Positions 1 through 9,552 of a DNA stretch of 64,000 bases are shown one piece after another. The stretch spans positions 309,217 to 373,216 of the forward strand of contig OZ250164.1 in assembly GCA_965237865.1 (NCBI GenBank). Direction: 5' to 3'. The position numbers and the translations under genes were made by a program. Origin of the DNA: Dehalococcoidia bacterium (lineage in GTDB: Bacteria; Chloroflexota; Dehalococcoidia; UBA2979). The notes below the pieces were generated by a model. The model did no database searches. It saw only the letters and a list, made by a program, of their open reading frames with translations, and was not told where the DNA came from. How positions within the stretch are numbered: position 1 is the stretch's first letter; each line of letters begins with the position of its first letter.

Positions 1-1164
1 GCCCTCCCAGGAGATTGCGTAGTCACGCTCGCGGCCCCTGCGGGTGCGGTAGGAGACCTGGATCTGCTCGTCGCCCGCGCCGTCCATCAGCGCCGACCTC
101 TGGCGCTCGTCGAGGTTCTGGAGCGGGGTGTCGAGGTCGAAGCCGTAGGCAAGGCCCAGCGCCTCGAGGCGGCGGCGGTACCAGCTCAGCGTGGTGCTGA
201 GGCGCTGGTAGGGCAGGATCGCGCCCTCGTTGATCGTGAGCCGCGGGTTCGGCACCACGAGCTCCGGGTCGAGCTCCATGCGCATGCCGAGGCCGGCGCA
301 GGCCGCGCAGGCGCCGTGCGGGCTGTTGAACGAGAAGTTGCGAGGCTCGATCTCGCCCACCGAGTAGGGCGGATGCGTCGTGTTCGGACAGGCGAAGTGC
401 TCGCTGAAGGTCTCCTCCGAGCGGCCCTCCGGCGCGAACAGCAGCACGCCCTCGCCGAGCTTGAGCGCCTGCTCCACGGAGTCCGCGATGCGCTGCCGCG
501 TCGCCTCGGCGTCCTCGGCGCCGGCGGCCGGGGTGACCAGCCGGTCGACGACGACGTCGATGTCGTGCCACTGGTAGCGGTCGAGGTCGAACTGCTCCTC
601 GATGTCGCGCACGGCGCCGTCGACGCGCACGCGCACGAAGCCGGCGCGCCGGATCGCGTCGAAGACCTGCTCATGCTGCCCGCGGCGGTGGCGCACCACG
701 GGCGCGAGCAGCATCGCGCGCGTGCCGGGCGCCTCGGCGAGGATCGCATCGACGATCTGCTGGATGGTCTGGCGGCGGATCACCTGGCCGCAGTGCGGGC
801 AGTAGGGGATGCCGACGCGGGCGAAGAGCAGCCGCAGGTAGTCGTAGATCTCGGTCACGGTGGCGACGGTGGAGCGCGGGTTCTTCGAGACCCCCTTCTG
901 GTCGATCGAGATCGCGGGCGAGAGGCCGTCGATGTAATCGACGTCCGGCTTCTCCATCAGCCCGAGGAACTGGCGGGCGTAGGCGGAGAGCGACTCTACA
1001 TAACGTCTCTGTCCCTCGGCGTAGATGGTGTCGAAGGCGAGCGAGGACTTGCCGGAGCCGCTGAGCCCGGTGATGACGACGAGGCGATCACGCGGAATCT
1101 CGACGGAGATGTTCTTGAGATTGTGCTCGCGTGCCCCGGTGACGGCGATGCGGTCGGTCGGCAG
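1..1164 (-). CDS. uvrA: Excinuclease ABC subunit A (UvrA), N-terminal ~390 aa; 3' end lies beyond window start
   Basis: Minus-strand translation gives (P)[65 protein letters not shown] (Walker A), CPHCG and [17 protein letters not shown] zinc modules typical of UvrA. Not in ORF track because no stop in window. No ATG/GTG/TTG at the conserved N-terminus; CTG at 1162-1164 with GAGG 6 nt upstream is the best start candidate. Confidence 0.85.
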   Translation of the reverse strand, partial: MPTDRIAVTGAREHNLKNISVEIPRDRLVVITGLSGSGKSSLAFDTIYAEGQRRYVESLSAYARQFLGLMEKPDVDYIDGLSPAISIDQKGVSKNPRSTVATVTEIYDYLRLLFARVGIPYCPHCGQVIRRQTIQQIVDAILAEAPGTRAMLLAPVVRHRRGQHEQVFDAIRRAGFVRVRVDGAVRDIEEQFDLDRYQWHDIDVVVDRLVTPAAGAEDAEATRQRIADSVEQALKLGEGVLLFAPEGRSEETFSEHFACPNTTHPPYSVGEIEPRNFSFNSPHGACAACAGLGMRMELDPELVVPNPRLTINEGAILPYQRLSTTLSWYRRRLEALGLAYGFDLDTPLQNLDERQRSALMDGAGDEQIQVSYRTRRGRERDYAISWEG

Positions 1165-1416
1165 AGGCCACCTCGATTGTGTGGTGGGGGAGGGCGTCGA
1201 GCGGAGCGGGCGGCGCCCCTCGGCGGTTCGAATGGGCGTTCGCTGCCATCGTAGCGCCGCGCCCCCGGCGGCGCCAGCGCGCGGCGCCGGATCGCGAGGT
1301 CAGCGCGTGGGATCGAGGACGGTCGGGAGCGGTCCGTCGCCGTCGAGCGCGGCCGCGAGCGCCTCGCGGTCGGCCACGTCGACGGATGCCACGCCTCCGT
1401 TCCTGGTCGGCAGCGG

Positions 1417-1563
1417 CTACAGCTGGTCCGTTGGCGGCGGGGCGTCATCGAGGACGCAGCGCAGCCCCGCCTCGACAAGAGCGGAGATGGTTGTCTCTCG
1501 CCGCGTCGCTTCTTCCCGCAATCGCTTCAGCAGGGTGTCGTCGATGTTGAGCGTCGTCTTTAT
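1417..1563 (-). CDS. putative ribbon-helix-helix (CopG/VapB-like) small DNA-binding protein
   Basis: Minus-strand frame reads (I)[47 protein letters not shown]-stop, a classic RHH N-terminal beta-strand plus helix pattern. No canonical start codon in frame (ATA only), so the start is uncertain. No cognate toxin gene is evident downstream. Confidence 0.3.
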   Translation of the reverse strand: MKTTLNIDDTLLKRLREEATRRETTISALVEAGLRCVLDDAPPPTDQL

Positions 1564-1581
1564 GTGAGACCCGTACGGCGG

Positions 1582-1986
1582 CTACGCGAGCGCCGGAGGC
1601 TCCTCGTCGCTATCGAGCTCGCCGAGCTGGCGGCGCAGTTCCGCCTCGATCTCGCTGAGGTGGGACTCGGTGATGCCCATCGAGGAGAGCGTCTCGCGGA
1701 TCAGGCGCTGCACCTCGTCCATCTCGCGGCGCAGCAGCGCGTCGGCGATCTCGAGCTGCGTCTCGACGGCGCGGAAGCCCTCGCGACGCGGCGTCGCGTC
1801 CTCCATCGCCAGGATCGTCGCCATCAGGCGCGTGAACAGCGTCGAGGTGCGGGCGATGCGCACGCGGTCATCGGGATCCTCGGGGAAGTCGCCCGTGACC
1901 GTGACCTCGAGGCCGGTGCGCGTGTCGGTGGCCACGTACTGGTTGGGCATGGGCTCCGCCGCGGCTCGCTCGCTCGTCGCGCGCAT
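1582..1986 (-). CDS. hypothetical protein (134 aa, acidic, helical)
   Basis: ORF-track ORF with coding-like composition (MRATSERAAAEPMPNQYVATDTRTGLEVTVTGDFPEDPDD...); no family recognised. Confidence 0.45.
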   Translation of the reverse strand: MRATSERAAAEPMPNQYVATDTRTGLEVTVTGDFPEDPDDRVRIARTSTLFTRLMATILAMEDATPRREGFRAVETQLEIADALLRREMDEVQRLIRETLSSMGITESHLSEIEAELRRQLGELDSDEEPPALA

Positions 1987-2084
1987 GGTAGCGCGGGAAC
2001 GGGGCGGCGGCTTCCTCCCGGCGGCGTGAGGGGGTGGGCGCTAGAATCCGCCCCGCGTGCGATGGCGCGCGGGAGGGGGCCGCG

Positions 2085-3086
2085 ATGAAGCTCGGGCTGC
2101 AGGCGCCGATGGGGGACGACTGGCGGGAGACGCTGGAGAAGGTGCGGATCGCCGAGGACCTCGGGATCGAGCACATCACCAGCGGCGGCGAATCGTGGGG
2201 CCCGTCCGCGATCCCGTGGCTCACGCTGCTGGCGGAGCACACGGAGCGCGCCACGATCCTGCCCTCGATCCTCAACGTCTTCTCGCGCAGCCCCGCGACG
2301 CTCGCCCAGGAGTTCGCGCGGCTCGAGCAGATCTCGGAGGGGCGGATGGTGCTCGGCCTCGGCTCCTCGGGCCACCTCGTGATCGAGCACTACTTCGGCG
2401 TGCCGTTCGAGCGGCCGCTGCGCCGCATCCGCGAGTACGTCGAGATCTTCCAGATGCTGATGGCGGGCGAGCGGCTGGAGTACGAAGGCGAGCTGTTCCA
2501 ACTGCAGCGCGGCTTCCGGCTGGACTACCCGCGCGTGCGCGACCGCATCCCGGTCTGGATCGCCGCGATCACCCCTCGCTCGATCCGCCAGACCGGCGAG
2601 ATCGCCGACGGCATCCTCCCGATCCACTGGCCGACGCGGCTGCTGCCGCAGCTCCGAGAACAGCTCGGCGAGGGCGCGAGCAGCGCCGGCCGCGACGCCT
2701 CCGCGATCACGATCGCTCCGTTCACCAACGTCTTCGTCCTCGACGGCAACGCGGACGAGGACGAGCGCAAGTGGATGGCGGCCCGCAGCCACGTGCACCA
2801 CTACGTGAACCGCATGGGCGACTTCTACTGGCGGATGCTCACCCGCGCCGGCCACGAGGACGACGTGGCCGCCTCGAGGGCGGCGTGGGGCGAGCGCGAT
2901 CGCGAGGCCTCGCTGGCCGCCCTCAGCGACGAGATGATCGCCGGCATCCAGGTGATCGGTCCGATCGAGCAGGTGCGCGAGCACCTCGCCGAGCGCGCCC
3001 GCCTCGGGGCGGACGTGCAGATGCTCTACATGCCCGACGGCGACCCGCGCGAGGTCGGTGGCGTGCTGGAGTCGCTGCTCGCCTGA
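2085..3086 (+). CDS. LLM-class (luciferase-like) F420/flavin-dependent oxidoreductase
   Basis: MKLGLQAPMGDDWRETLEKVRIAEDLGIEHITSGGESWG...LGLGSSGHLVIEHYFGVPFERP resembles the luciferase-like monooxygenase family. ATG at 2085 is preceded by GGGAGG at 7 nt spacing; the upstream part of the track ORF (from 2034) is probably not translated. Confidence 0.8.
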   Translation: MKLGLQAPMGDDWRETLEKVRIAEDLGIEHITSGGESWGPSAIPWLTLLAEHTERATILPSILNVFSRSPATLAQEFARLEQISEGRMVLGLGSSGHLVIEHYFGVPFERPLRRIREYVEIFQMLMAGERLEYEGELFQLQRGFRLDYPRVRDRIPVWIAAITPRSIRQTGEIADGILPIHWPTRLLPQLREQLGEGASSAGRDASAITIAPFTNVFVLDGNADEDERKWMAARSHVHHYVNRMGDFYWRMLTRAGHEDDVAASRAAWGERDREASLAALSDEMIAGIQVIGPIEQVREHLAERARLGADVQMLYMPDGDPREVGGVLESLLA

Positions 3087-3104
3087 CCCGCCGTCGCCGA
3101 GGAG

Positions 3105-3920
3105 TTACAGCGCGCGGAAGGTGCGCTTGCCCTCGACGCGCACGATGTGGCCGAAGCCCGGCGCCGGGAAGTGGCAGGCGGCGACGAGGTCGCCGTCCGC
3201 CTCGAGGCGCTCCAGCAGTGCGCTGCGCGTCTCCGCGCTCAGCATGCCGTCGCTGTCGAAGCTGGGGCTCCAGCCGGTCTCCTCGGTCTGCGCCGGGTGG
3301 TGAATCACGTCGCCGAGGATCACGGCCCGCTCGCCCGCCGAGGCGATCACGAAGCTCTGGTGTCCGGGTGTGTGGCCCGGAGTCGGGATCGCCGTAATCT
3401 CGTCGGTCAGCGCGACCTCGCCGGAGACGAGGTCCATCACGCCCAGCGCCTCGAGTGGCTCGATCTGGGCGGTGACGTGCGCCTCGTCGCGGAACTGCTC
3501 CCAGTCCGCCTGCGGCACCACGTAGCGCGCGTTCGCGAACGTGGCCGCGCCGTCCTCGGTGACGCTCCAGCCCACGTGATCGCCGTGCAGGTGCGTGAAC
3601 GCGACGCGCCCGACCGCCTCCGGCTCGATGCCCTGGGCGCGCATGTCCGGCACGAGGTTCCCCGACGCCCCGCCGAGGAAGGCGAAGGGCCCCGGCCCGA
3701 AGCCGGTGTCGATCAGCAGCGTCTCGCCGCCGGAGCGCAGGGCGTAGCACTGTGCGTTCGAGCGCCACGCATCGGCGCTCTCGCCGGAGCCCGGGTACTG
3801 CTCGAAGTAGGGAGCCCACTGCTCGGCGCTCACATCGGGGAAGACGTTGGCGAACGGGAATCCCAGCTCGAGGTCGAGGAGCTGCACGATCTCGACATTG
3901 CCCACGGTGATTGAAGCCAT
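3105..3920 (-). CDS. MBL-fold metallo-hydrolase
   Basis: 271-aa C-terminal part of the 823-aa track ORF; THLHGDHVGW (HxHxDH) and later His/Asp ligands; ATG at 3918-3920 with GGAGG 5 nt upstream. The 823-aa ORF fuses three real genes through low-complexity read-through. Confidence 0.8.
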   Translation of the reverse strand: MASITVGNVEIVQLLDLELGFPFANVFPDVSAEQWAPYFEQYPGSGESADAWRSNAQCYALRSGGETLLIDTGFGPGPFAFLGGASGNLVPDMRAQGIEPEAVGRVAFTHLHGDHVGWSVTEDGAATFANARYVVPQADWEQFRDEAHVTAQIEPLEALGVMDLVSGEVALTDEITAIPTPGHTPGHQSFVIASAGERAVILGDVIHHPAQTEETGWSPSFDSDGMLSAETRSALLERLEADGDLVAACHFPAPGFGHIVRVEGKRTFRAL

Positions 3921-3988
3921 CTCGTCCTCCGTCCGCGCTCCCGACTCCGCCCGTGATGGCGGCCGCGCGCATCCTATCGAACCGCGCG

Positions 3989-5152
3989 TCAGGTCGTGCG
4001 CGCTCGCCGCCGCGCCGGCGTCGTCTCCTCCTCGCGGCTGGGCAGCGCGATCACGGAGCGCGAGGGCATCACGTCCTCCTTGCGCTGGTTGAAGACGGAT
4101 CCCTCGACCTGGATGCAGTGCTCGCCGTCCTCGTCCACGAACTTGCGCGTGATCGTGTTGCGGAACGTCATCGCGTCGCCGAGGTAGACGAAGCGGCGGT
4201 AGTCGCAGGAGTTGCGCTTGATCCAGGCGTCGTCGCCGACCGCGTGGAGCAGGGATTGCAACTGGTACGACTGCCGCGCCGCGCCGAGGTCGTAGGCGCC
4301 GGGCAGGCCCGCGGTGCGGGCCGCCTCGTTGTCGAAGTGCACGATCTCGATCGGCTCGCGGGCGTTGCTCGCCGGATGCAGCATCCCGAGCGCGGGTGTG
4401 GCGAGGATGCCGCGGATCGAGCGCGAGTAGCCGTCGAGGATGCCGCGCGCGGAGAACCAGCAGATCATGTCCCACATGCGCAGCGGCCCCTTGACCAGTG
4501 GCTCGAGCGCGGTGTCTTCCTCCACGTCCTCCCACCAGAGCGGCTCGCGCCCGCGGATCTGCTCCGGCTCGCGCGCCGATGCCTCCTCGATGGCGAGCCG
4601 CTCCTCGTCGCTCCAGGGGTGCGGCACCTCGAGCCGGGTGTCGCGGCCCTTGCGGCGGGTGCTGCTGCGCTCGGCGCGCAGGTTGCGCACGTGCGAGCGC
4701 GCGACGAGCTCGCCGCGCTGGTTCGTCCAATCGCCGCGATAGTGCTCGATGATCGAGCGCGCGGCGAAGCGCGACTCGTCGCGCTCCTCGATCTCGTCGA
4801 AGGCGACCGAGGCGTGGATCGTGTCGCCCTCGTAGACCGGGGCCAGCAGCTCCCAGGCGGTGCCGATGTTGTAGCCCATGACGCCGCGCAGGCCGTGCAT
4901 CGCGTTGCCGAGGTGGATGCGGTAGAGGGCGCCGGGCGGCGCGATCGGCGCGCCGTAGGGCCCGGACGCGGCGTACGCCGCGTCCTGCCAGAGCGGGTTG
5001 GAGTCCCCGATCGCACGCGCGAAGATCTCGATCGCGGAGCGGTCGAGCAGGCCCTCGCCCTCCCAGGTGCGGCCGAGCCGCGTGCGGTGCCGGTCCAGCA
5101 TCTCGTCGCTGAGCACGCCTTCGACTGCCCAGCGCGGCTTCTGCTCCGTCAT
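3989..5152 (-). CDS. MaoC-like/FAS1-like double-hotdog (R)-specific hydratase/dehydratase
   Basis: 387-aa ORF with two hotdog-like halves; the N-half resembles the FAS1-like dehydratase domain and the C-half a MaoC dehydratase. Confidence 0.7.
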   Translation of the reverse strand: MTEQKPRWAVEGVLSDEMLDRHRTRLGRTWEGEGLLDRSAIEIFARAIGDSNPLWQDAAYAASGPYGAPIAPPGALYRIHLGNAMHGLRGVMGYNIGTAWELLAPVYEGDTIHASVAFDEIEERDESRFAARSIIEHYRGDWTNQRGELVARSHVRNLRAERSSTRRKGRDTRLEVPHPWSDEERLAIEEASAREPEQIRGREPLWWEDVEEDTALEPLVKGPLRMWDMICWFSARGILDGYSRSIRGILATPALGMLHPASNAREPIEIVHFDNEAARTAGLPGAYDLGAARQSYQLQSLLHAVGDDAWIKRNSCDYRRFVYLGDAMTFRNTITRKFVDEDGEHCIQVEGSVFNQRKEDVMPSRSVIALPSREEETTPARRRARTT

Positions 5153-5173
5153 CGCTGGTCTCCCGTCCGTTCG

Positions 5174-5617
5174 CTAGCCTCGCTCTGTGTCGCTGCCTCG
5201 CCGGATGCCGCAGGTGACGCGCGCCTTCGCGTTGAGCGCGCCATCCGAGGCGTCGCGGATCTCGACGTCGCCGACGGCGAGGCGGCCACCGCGGCGCAGC
5301 AGCCGTGCCTCGGCGATGGTGCGCTCGCCGCGTGCCGATGAGAGGAAGGAGATGCTCAGTTCCAGCGTCGGCCCCGGCTGCTCGCCGGGCCGCAGCACCG
5401 TGCCCGTGCAGAGCTGCATCGCCGCGTCCGCGAGCGAGGCGACCACGCCCCCGTTGAGCGAGTTGCGGACCCCGCGCAGCGGCGACGAGGCGCGCTCGAC
5501 GGCCAACCGCGCGTAGCCCTCGGCCAGCTCCTCGACCTCGATGCCGAAGGCGGTGAAGAACGGGTGCTCCCGCCACTGGCCGCCGATCGCCTCGCTCGGC
5601 GCGCCGGTGGCGCTCAC
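5174..5617 (-). CDS. PaaI/YbgC-type hotdog thioesterase
   Basis: 147 aa, with the GGVVASLADAAMQLC / LELSISFLSSA pattern typical of PaaI-family thioesterases. Confidence 0.65.
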   Translation of the reverse strand: MSATGAPSEAIGGQWREHPFFTAFGIEVEELAEGYARLAVERASSPLRGVRNSLNGGVVASLADAAMQLCTGTVLRPGEQPGPTLELSISFLSSARGERTIAEARLLRRGGRLAVGDVEIRDASDGALNAKARVTCGIRRGSDTERG

Positions 5618-6039
5618 GAGGCTCCCGCGACCGGCCGCAGCGAGTAGGTCGTCAGCCCTCGAGCCACGAGTTCGCCGCCGGGCGCGTGCGCCTCGAGTTC
5701 AATGTGCGCGGCGTAGTCCGCCCAGTGCGCCACGCGCGCGCTCACCTCGACGGCGTCCGGGAGGCGGCCGCCCGGCGGATCGACGAACGAGAGGTGCAAC
5801 TCGGCGGTGCCGTTCGCGAGCTGCACGTCCTCGTCGCGCTGCGCGTTGACGGCGGAGATCGCCGCCAGGTCCGCGGCGATCGTGAGCGAGCTGCGGAACA
5901 GCAGCTCGTCGGCGTCGTCGGGGCGGTCGACGCGCATGCGCGCGTAGCCGCGCTCGACGGTGTCGCCGCGGATGCCGAGGCGCTGGAGGATCGGGCGCTG
6001 CCAGTTGCGCAGCCAGTCGTCGAGGTCTGGAACGGGCAC
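5614..6039 (-). CDS. hotdog-fold thioesterase-like protein
   Basis: C-terminal 141 aa of the 342-aa track ORF (VPVPDLDDWLRNWQRPILQRLGIRGDTVERGYARMRVDRP...ELHLSFVDPPGGRLPDAVEVSARVAHWADYAAHIELEAH). GTG at 6037-6039 lies just after the stop of the upstream LLM gene; the Arg-rich upstream part of the track ORF overlaps that gene and is rejected. Confidence 0.55.
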   Translation of the reverse strand: MPVPDLDDWLRNWQRPILQRLGIRGDTVERGYARMRVDRPDDADELLFRSSLTIAADLAAISAVNAQRDEDVQLANGTAELHLSFVDPPGGRLPDAVEVSARVAHWADYAAHIELEAHAPGGELVARGLTTYSLRPVAGAS

Positions 6040-6056
6040 GCTGCTCCCCTCGCGGG

Positions 6057-6962
6057 CTACGTCCCCACGCCGTACTGCTCGGCGAAGTCGCGGATGGCGC
6101 CGATGTGCTCCTCGGGCGAGTAGTCCAGCTCCATGGTGCTGTAGTGCAGGTGCGTGACGCCCGCCGCCTGCACTTGCTCCGCCAGGTCGAGTTGCTGGTC
6201 CGGATTGAGGCCCGCGGCGTGCAGGTTGCTGCTCAGCCCCAGCGTCGAGGGGTCGCGCCCGGCGGCGCGGGCGGCGCCGAAGAACTTCTCGGCCTCGCTC
6301 GCGATCCGGCCCGGGTCGCCGCGGTAGGCGCGCGGCACGTGCCAGCCGTCCGCGAGGCGGCCCGCGCGGTCGACCGCGAGATCGGCCATCGCGCCGACCC
6401 AGATCGGGATCGGGCGTTCGGGCAGCGGCTTCAGCCCCGCCTTGGTCACGCGATCGAAGCGGCCCTCGAAGGTCACGAGCGGCTCCGTCCAGAGCTGCCG
6501 CAGCAGTCCGATCTGCTCCTCCATGCGCCGCCCGCGCGTCCGGTAGTCCTCGCCCAGCGCCTCGAACTCGACCGAGTTCCAGCCGACCCCGACGCCGAGG
6601 ATGAGCCGCCCGCCACCCGCGAGGATGTCGATCTCCGCGCACTGCTTGGCGACGAGCGCAGTCTGCCGCTGCGGCAGCACCAGCACGCCGGTCATGAACT
6701 CGAGGCGTTCGGTCAGCCCGGCGAGGAAGCCGAAGAGCACGAACGGCTCGTGGAAGGCACTCTCATGCGTGTAGGGCGGCGTGACCCGGTTTCCGTAGGG
6801 CCCGAGCCAGACGCCCTCGGGGCGATCGGGGTGGGCGCCGAGGACGTGATCGTAGGCGACGAGGCGGGTGTAGCCGAGATCCTCGGCGGCCTGCGCGAAG
6901 TCGCGGATCGCGATCCGGTCGTTCCCGATCTCGTTCGTGGGGAAGACGACGCCCAGCTCCAT
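6057..6962 (-). CDS. LLM-class F420-dependent oxidoreductase
   Basis: 301 aa; MELGVVFPTNEIGNDRIAIRDFAQAAEDLGYTRLVAYDHVLGAHP... is typical of F420-dependent LLM oxidoreductases. Confidence 0.8.
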   Translation of the reverse strand: MELGVVFPTNEIGNDRIAIRDFAQAAEDLGYTRLVAYDHVLGAHPDRPEGVWLGPYGNRVTPPYTHESAFHEPFVLFGFLAGLTERLEFMTGVLVLPQRQTALVAKQCAEIDILAGGGRLILGVGVGWNSVEFEALGEDYRTRGRRMEEQIGLLRQLWTEPLVTFEGRFDRVTKAGLKPLPERPIPIWVGAMADLAVDRAGRLADGWHVPRAYRGDPGRIASEAEKFFGAARAAGRDPSTLGLSSNLHAAGLNPDQQLDLAEQVQAAGVTHLHYSTMELDYSPEEHIGAIRDFAEQYGVGT

Positions 6963-7081
6963 CTCCGGCTCCGTTCCGCGCCAGCGATGCGGCGCGCCGG
7001 GATGGTACCGTAGCCCCGGCCTGCAGGGGCCAGGAACGCCAGCGAGACACGATCGCCGGCGGTGCGTGAGAGGCGGGGGCG

Positions 7082-8374
7082 GTGCTGATCGGGCATTTCA
7101 CGGAACGGCCATACCAGGACGAGGAGCACGGCTTCTTCGGCTCGACCACGCGCGAGGCGTACTTCGACCTCGGCCTCAGCAACAAGGACTACGACCCGCG
7201 GCTCGGAGCGCTCCTGTATCACCGCTACCTCGACGAGAAGCTCGCGGCCGAGGAGGCCGGGTTCGACGCGCTGATGCTCAACGAGCACCACAGCACCCCC
7301 GCCTGCATGGGCGGCGTGATGAACGTAGAGGCGGCGATCCTCGCGCGAATCACCACGAAGCCGAGGATCCTGCTGCTCGGCAACATCCTGCCGATCTGGG
7401 AGGACCCGCTCTGGCTCGCCGAGTCGCTCGCCGAGATCGACATGATCTCGCGTGGCCGCCTCGTGACCGGCTGGGTGCACGGCTCGGGGCGCGAGAGCGT
7501 CTCGCACAACGCGCAGCCGCCGTTCAACCGCGAGCGCTTCATCGAGGCGCACGACTTCATCGTCAGCGCCTGGACGAAGTCCGGCCCCTTCCGCTGGGAG
7601 GGCGAGCACTACAACTACCGCTACGTGAACCCCTTCACGCGCCCCTACCAGCAGCCGCACCCACCGATCTGGATTCCCGGCGGGGGCAGCAAGGAGAGCA
7701 CCGACTGGGCCGCCCAGCACCGCTACCCCTACGTGATGCTCGCGACCTCGCCCGAGGCGACGCGCGAGTCGTTCGCGTTCTACGACGAGCAGGCGCGCGA
7801 GCACGGCTTCGAGGCCGGCTCGCAGCACCGCGGCTACCTCTTCAAGGTCCACGTCGAGGCGACCGACGAGCTGGCGCACGAGGTCGGCCGCAAGTACATC
7901 CAGGGGCCGCCGAACCCGTTCCTCGAGGGCAACCAGGGCGGCGTCCATCGCTACCTGCAGAACCTGCCGGGTCTCGCGCCGCGGAACCGCACGATGCCCG
8001 CGGCCGCGCGCAACCGCGCCACCGCCTACTCGCGCGGCCTCGCGCCGCCGCCGGAGAGCGGCCCCGCGCTCTCCACGATCGAGCGCTCCGCCGGCACCTA
8101 CGAGCAGCAGGTCGAGCGCATGACGATCATCACCGGATCGCCGCAGACGGTGATCGAGAAGCTGCGCCACATCCTCGAGCTGCTGCGGCCGGGCTCGATC
8201 ATCCTCTGGGACGGCGAGGGCGCGATGAGCCACGAGGACCAGATGCGCAGCATGAAGCTGATGGGCGATGAGGTGCTCCCGGCCGTCCGCGAGATCGGGC
8301 GGGCGCTGGAGCTGCACAGCCCCTTCGAGGTCGATCCGGTGACGAACCAGCCCGTCGAGCCCGTCGCGTCGTAG
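7082..8374 (+). CDS. LLM-class flavin-dependent monooxygenase/oxidoreductase
   Basis: 430 aa; LGALLYHRYLDEKLAAEEAGFDALMLNEHHSTPACMGG resembles luciferase-like monooxygenases. Divergent from the 6057-6962 gene. Confidence 0.8.
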   Translation: MLIGHFTERPYQDEEHGFFGSTTREAYFDLGLSNKDYDPRLGALLYHRYLDEKLAAEEAGFDALMLNEHHSTPACMGGVMNVEAAILARITTKPRILLLGNILPIWEDPLWLAESLAEIDMISRGRLVTGWVHGSGRESVSHNAQPPFNRERFIEAHDFIVSAWTKSGPFRWEGEHYNYRYVNPFTRPYQQPHPPIWIPGGGSKESTDWAAQHRYPYVMLATSPEATRESFAFYDEQAREHGFEAGSQHRGYLFKVHVEATDELAHEVGRKYIQGPPNPFLEGNQGGVHRYLQNLPGLAPRNRTMPAAARNRATAYSRGLAPPPESGPALSTIERSAGTYEQQVERMTIITGSPQTVIEKLRHILELLRPGSIILWDGEGAMSHEDQMRSMKLMGDEVLPAVREIGRALELHSPFEVDPVTNQPVEPVAS

Positions 8375-8422
8375 CGGCTGGCAAGGCGGGGCCGCGCCGG
8401 CAAGGCCGTCTCGATGCGCGGA

Positions 8423-8800
8423 CTACGCGCGGAGGGCGTCGAGGTCGAAGTCGTCCGGCACGGGTACGACGACCGAGCAGCGCGGCAGCTCGATGGTGCG
8501 GGTGATGTGACCGTGGCCCGTCAGATCATCGGCCAGCAGCACGTCGCCGGCGCCAAGCTGCCGCGTCGTGCCGTCGCCGCACACCATCTCGGCCCGCCCC
8601 TGGACGGTGATCACGAACTGACGGCGGGGTGCGGTGTGGAAGTCCATCTCGTTTTCGGCGGTGGCTTCGCGCATGCTGATGCTCTCCGCCGGGAAGTGCT
8701 GCGTGCGGTTGCCGAGCCCCATCGCCTCCGGGAAGGCGATGTCGATGTCCTCGAAGTGGGACTCCCCGTCGTCGCCGGTGTAGACGCGCGTGATCCGCAT
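8423..8800 (-). CDS. cupin domain protein
   Basis: 125 aa with a small-barrel-like pattern (FHTAPRRQFVITVQGRAEMVCGDGTTRQLGAGDVLLADD...GHGH). Confidence 0.65.
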   Translation of the reverse strand: MRITRVYTGDDGESHFEDIDIAFPEAMGLGNRTQHFPAESISMREATAENEMDFHTAPRRQFVITVQGRAEMVCGDGTTRQLGAGDVLLADDLTGHGHITRTIELPRCSVVVPVPDDFDLDALRA

Positions 8801-8880
8801 CGCTCTGTGCTCCCTCCAGCGTGGCGCCGCCCGGGCGCTGCGCCGCGCGCCATGCTAGCAGGCGCGGGATCGCGGCCACG

Positions 8881-9483
8881 ATGAGCCTCGCCGACGCGCT
8901 GCGACGCCGCCGCTCGATCCGCGGCCTGCAGGGCCCGCCGCTCAGCCGCGAGGAGATCGAGGGCCTTGTCGAGCTGGCGCTGCTCGCGCCGGCGCCGCAC
9001 CACACCCGCCCCTGGCGCTTCGCCTCGATCTCGCAAGCTCGCCGCGCGGCGCTGGCCTCGGCGATGGCCGCGGCCTGGGAGGCGGACATGATCGCCGACG
9101 GCCTTGAGGAGGCGGTGCGCCGCCGCGCCCTCGAACGCTCGCGAGGCCGCATCGAGGGCGCGCCCACGCTGCTGCTGGGCTGCCTCGTCGGCGAGGGGCT
9201 CAACACCTACCCGGACGAGGAGCGCACCCGCGCGGAGTGGACGATGGCGGCGCACTCGTTCGGCGCGGCGCTGCAGAACCTGCTGCTCGAGGCCAGCGAG
9301 CGCGGGCTCGGCGCCTACTGGATGGCCGCGCCGCTCTACACACCGGACGAGGTGCGGCGGGTGCTCGAACTGCCGGAGGACTGGCGGCCGCAGGCGTTCA
9401 TCGCCCTCGGCCGCCGTCGCGCGGACTACCGTCCGTTCGATCGACCGTCGCCCGATCTCGGCGGCAGCCTGATCGAGCGCTGA
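8881..9483 (+). CDS. nitroreductase-family protein (FbiB C-terminal-domain-like)
   Basis: MSLADALRRRRSIRGLQGPPLSREEIEGLVELALLAPAPHHTRPWRF is the classic nitroreductase N-terminus. ATG at 8881 is in frame with the track ORF. Confidence 0.7.
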   Translation: MSLADALRRRRSIRGLQGPPLSREEIEGLVELALLAPAPHHTRPWRFASISQARRAALASAMAAAWEADMIADGLEEAVRRRALERSRGRIEGAPTLLLGCLVGEGLNTYPDEERTRAEWTMAAHSFGAALQNLLLEASERGLGAYWMAAPLYTPDEVRRVLELPEDWRPQAFIALGRRRADYRPFDRPSPDLGGSLIER

Positions 9484-9552
9484 CCGGGCGGGAGCAACTG
9501 CGCGCGAGGGTGCTACGCTCGGGCGCACGCAGACGGGAGGGATGGCGCGCCG

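Noticed and set aside
1222-1245. GGTTCGAATGG motif resembling a tRNA T-loop
   Set aside because: No acceptor-stem complementarity or D-loop/anticodon-arm arrangement could be drawn around it. It lies in the uvrA upstream region.
2057-5576. Very long Arg/Pro/Ala-rich ORFs from the six-frame track (e.g. 2057-3397 +, 3105-5576 as one 823-aa gene, 9237-11732 N-terminal part, 13621-16902 as one 1093-aa gene, 51692-54850, 57173-59746)
   Set aside because: These are low-complexity translations typical of a ~70% G+C genome read in the wrong frame or strand, or read-through upstream of the true start. Each was resolved into the motif-supported genes listed in features; the true genes are the conserved C-terminal portions.
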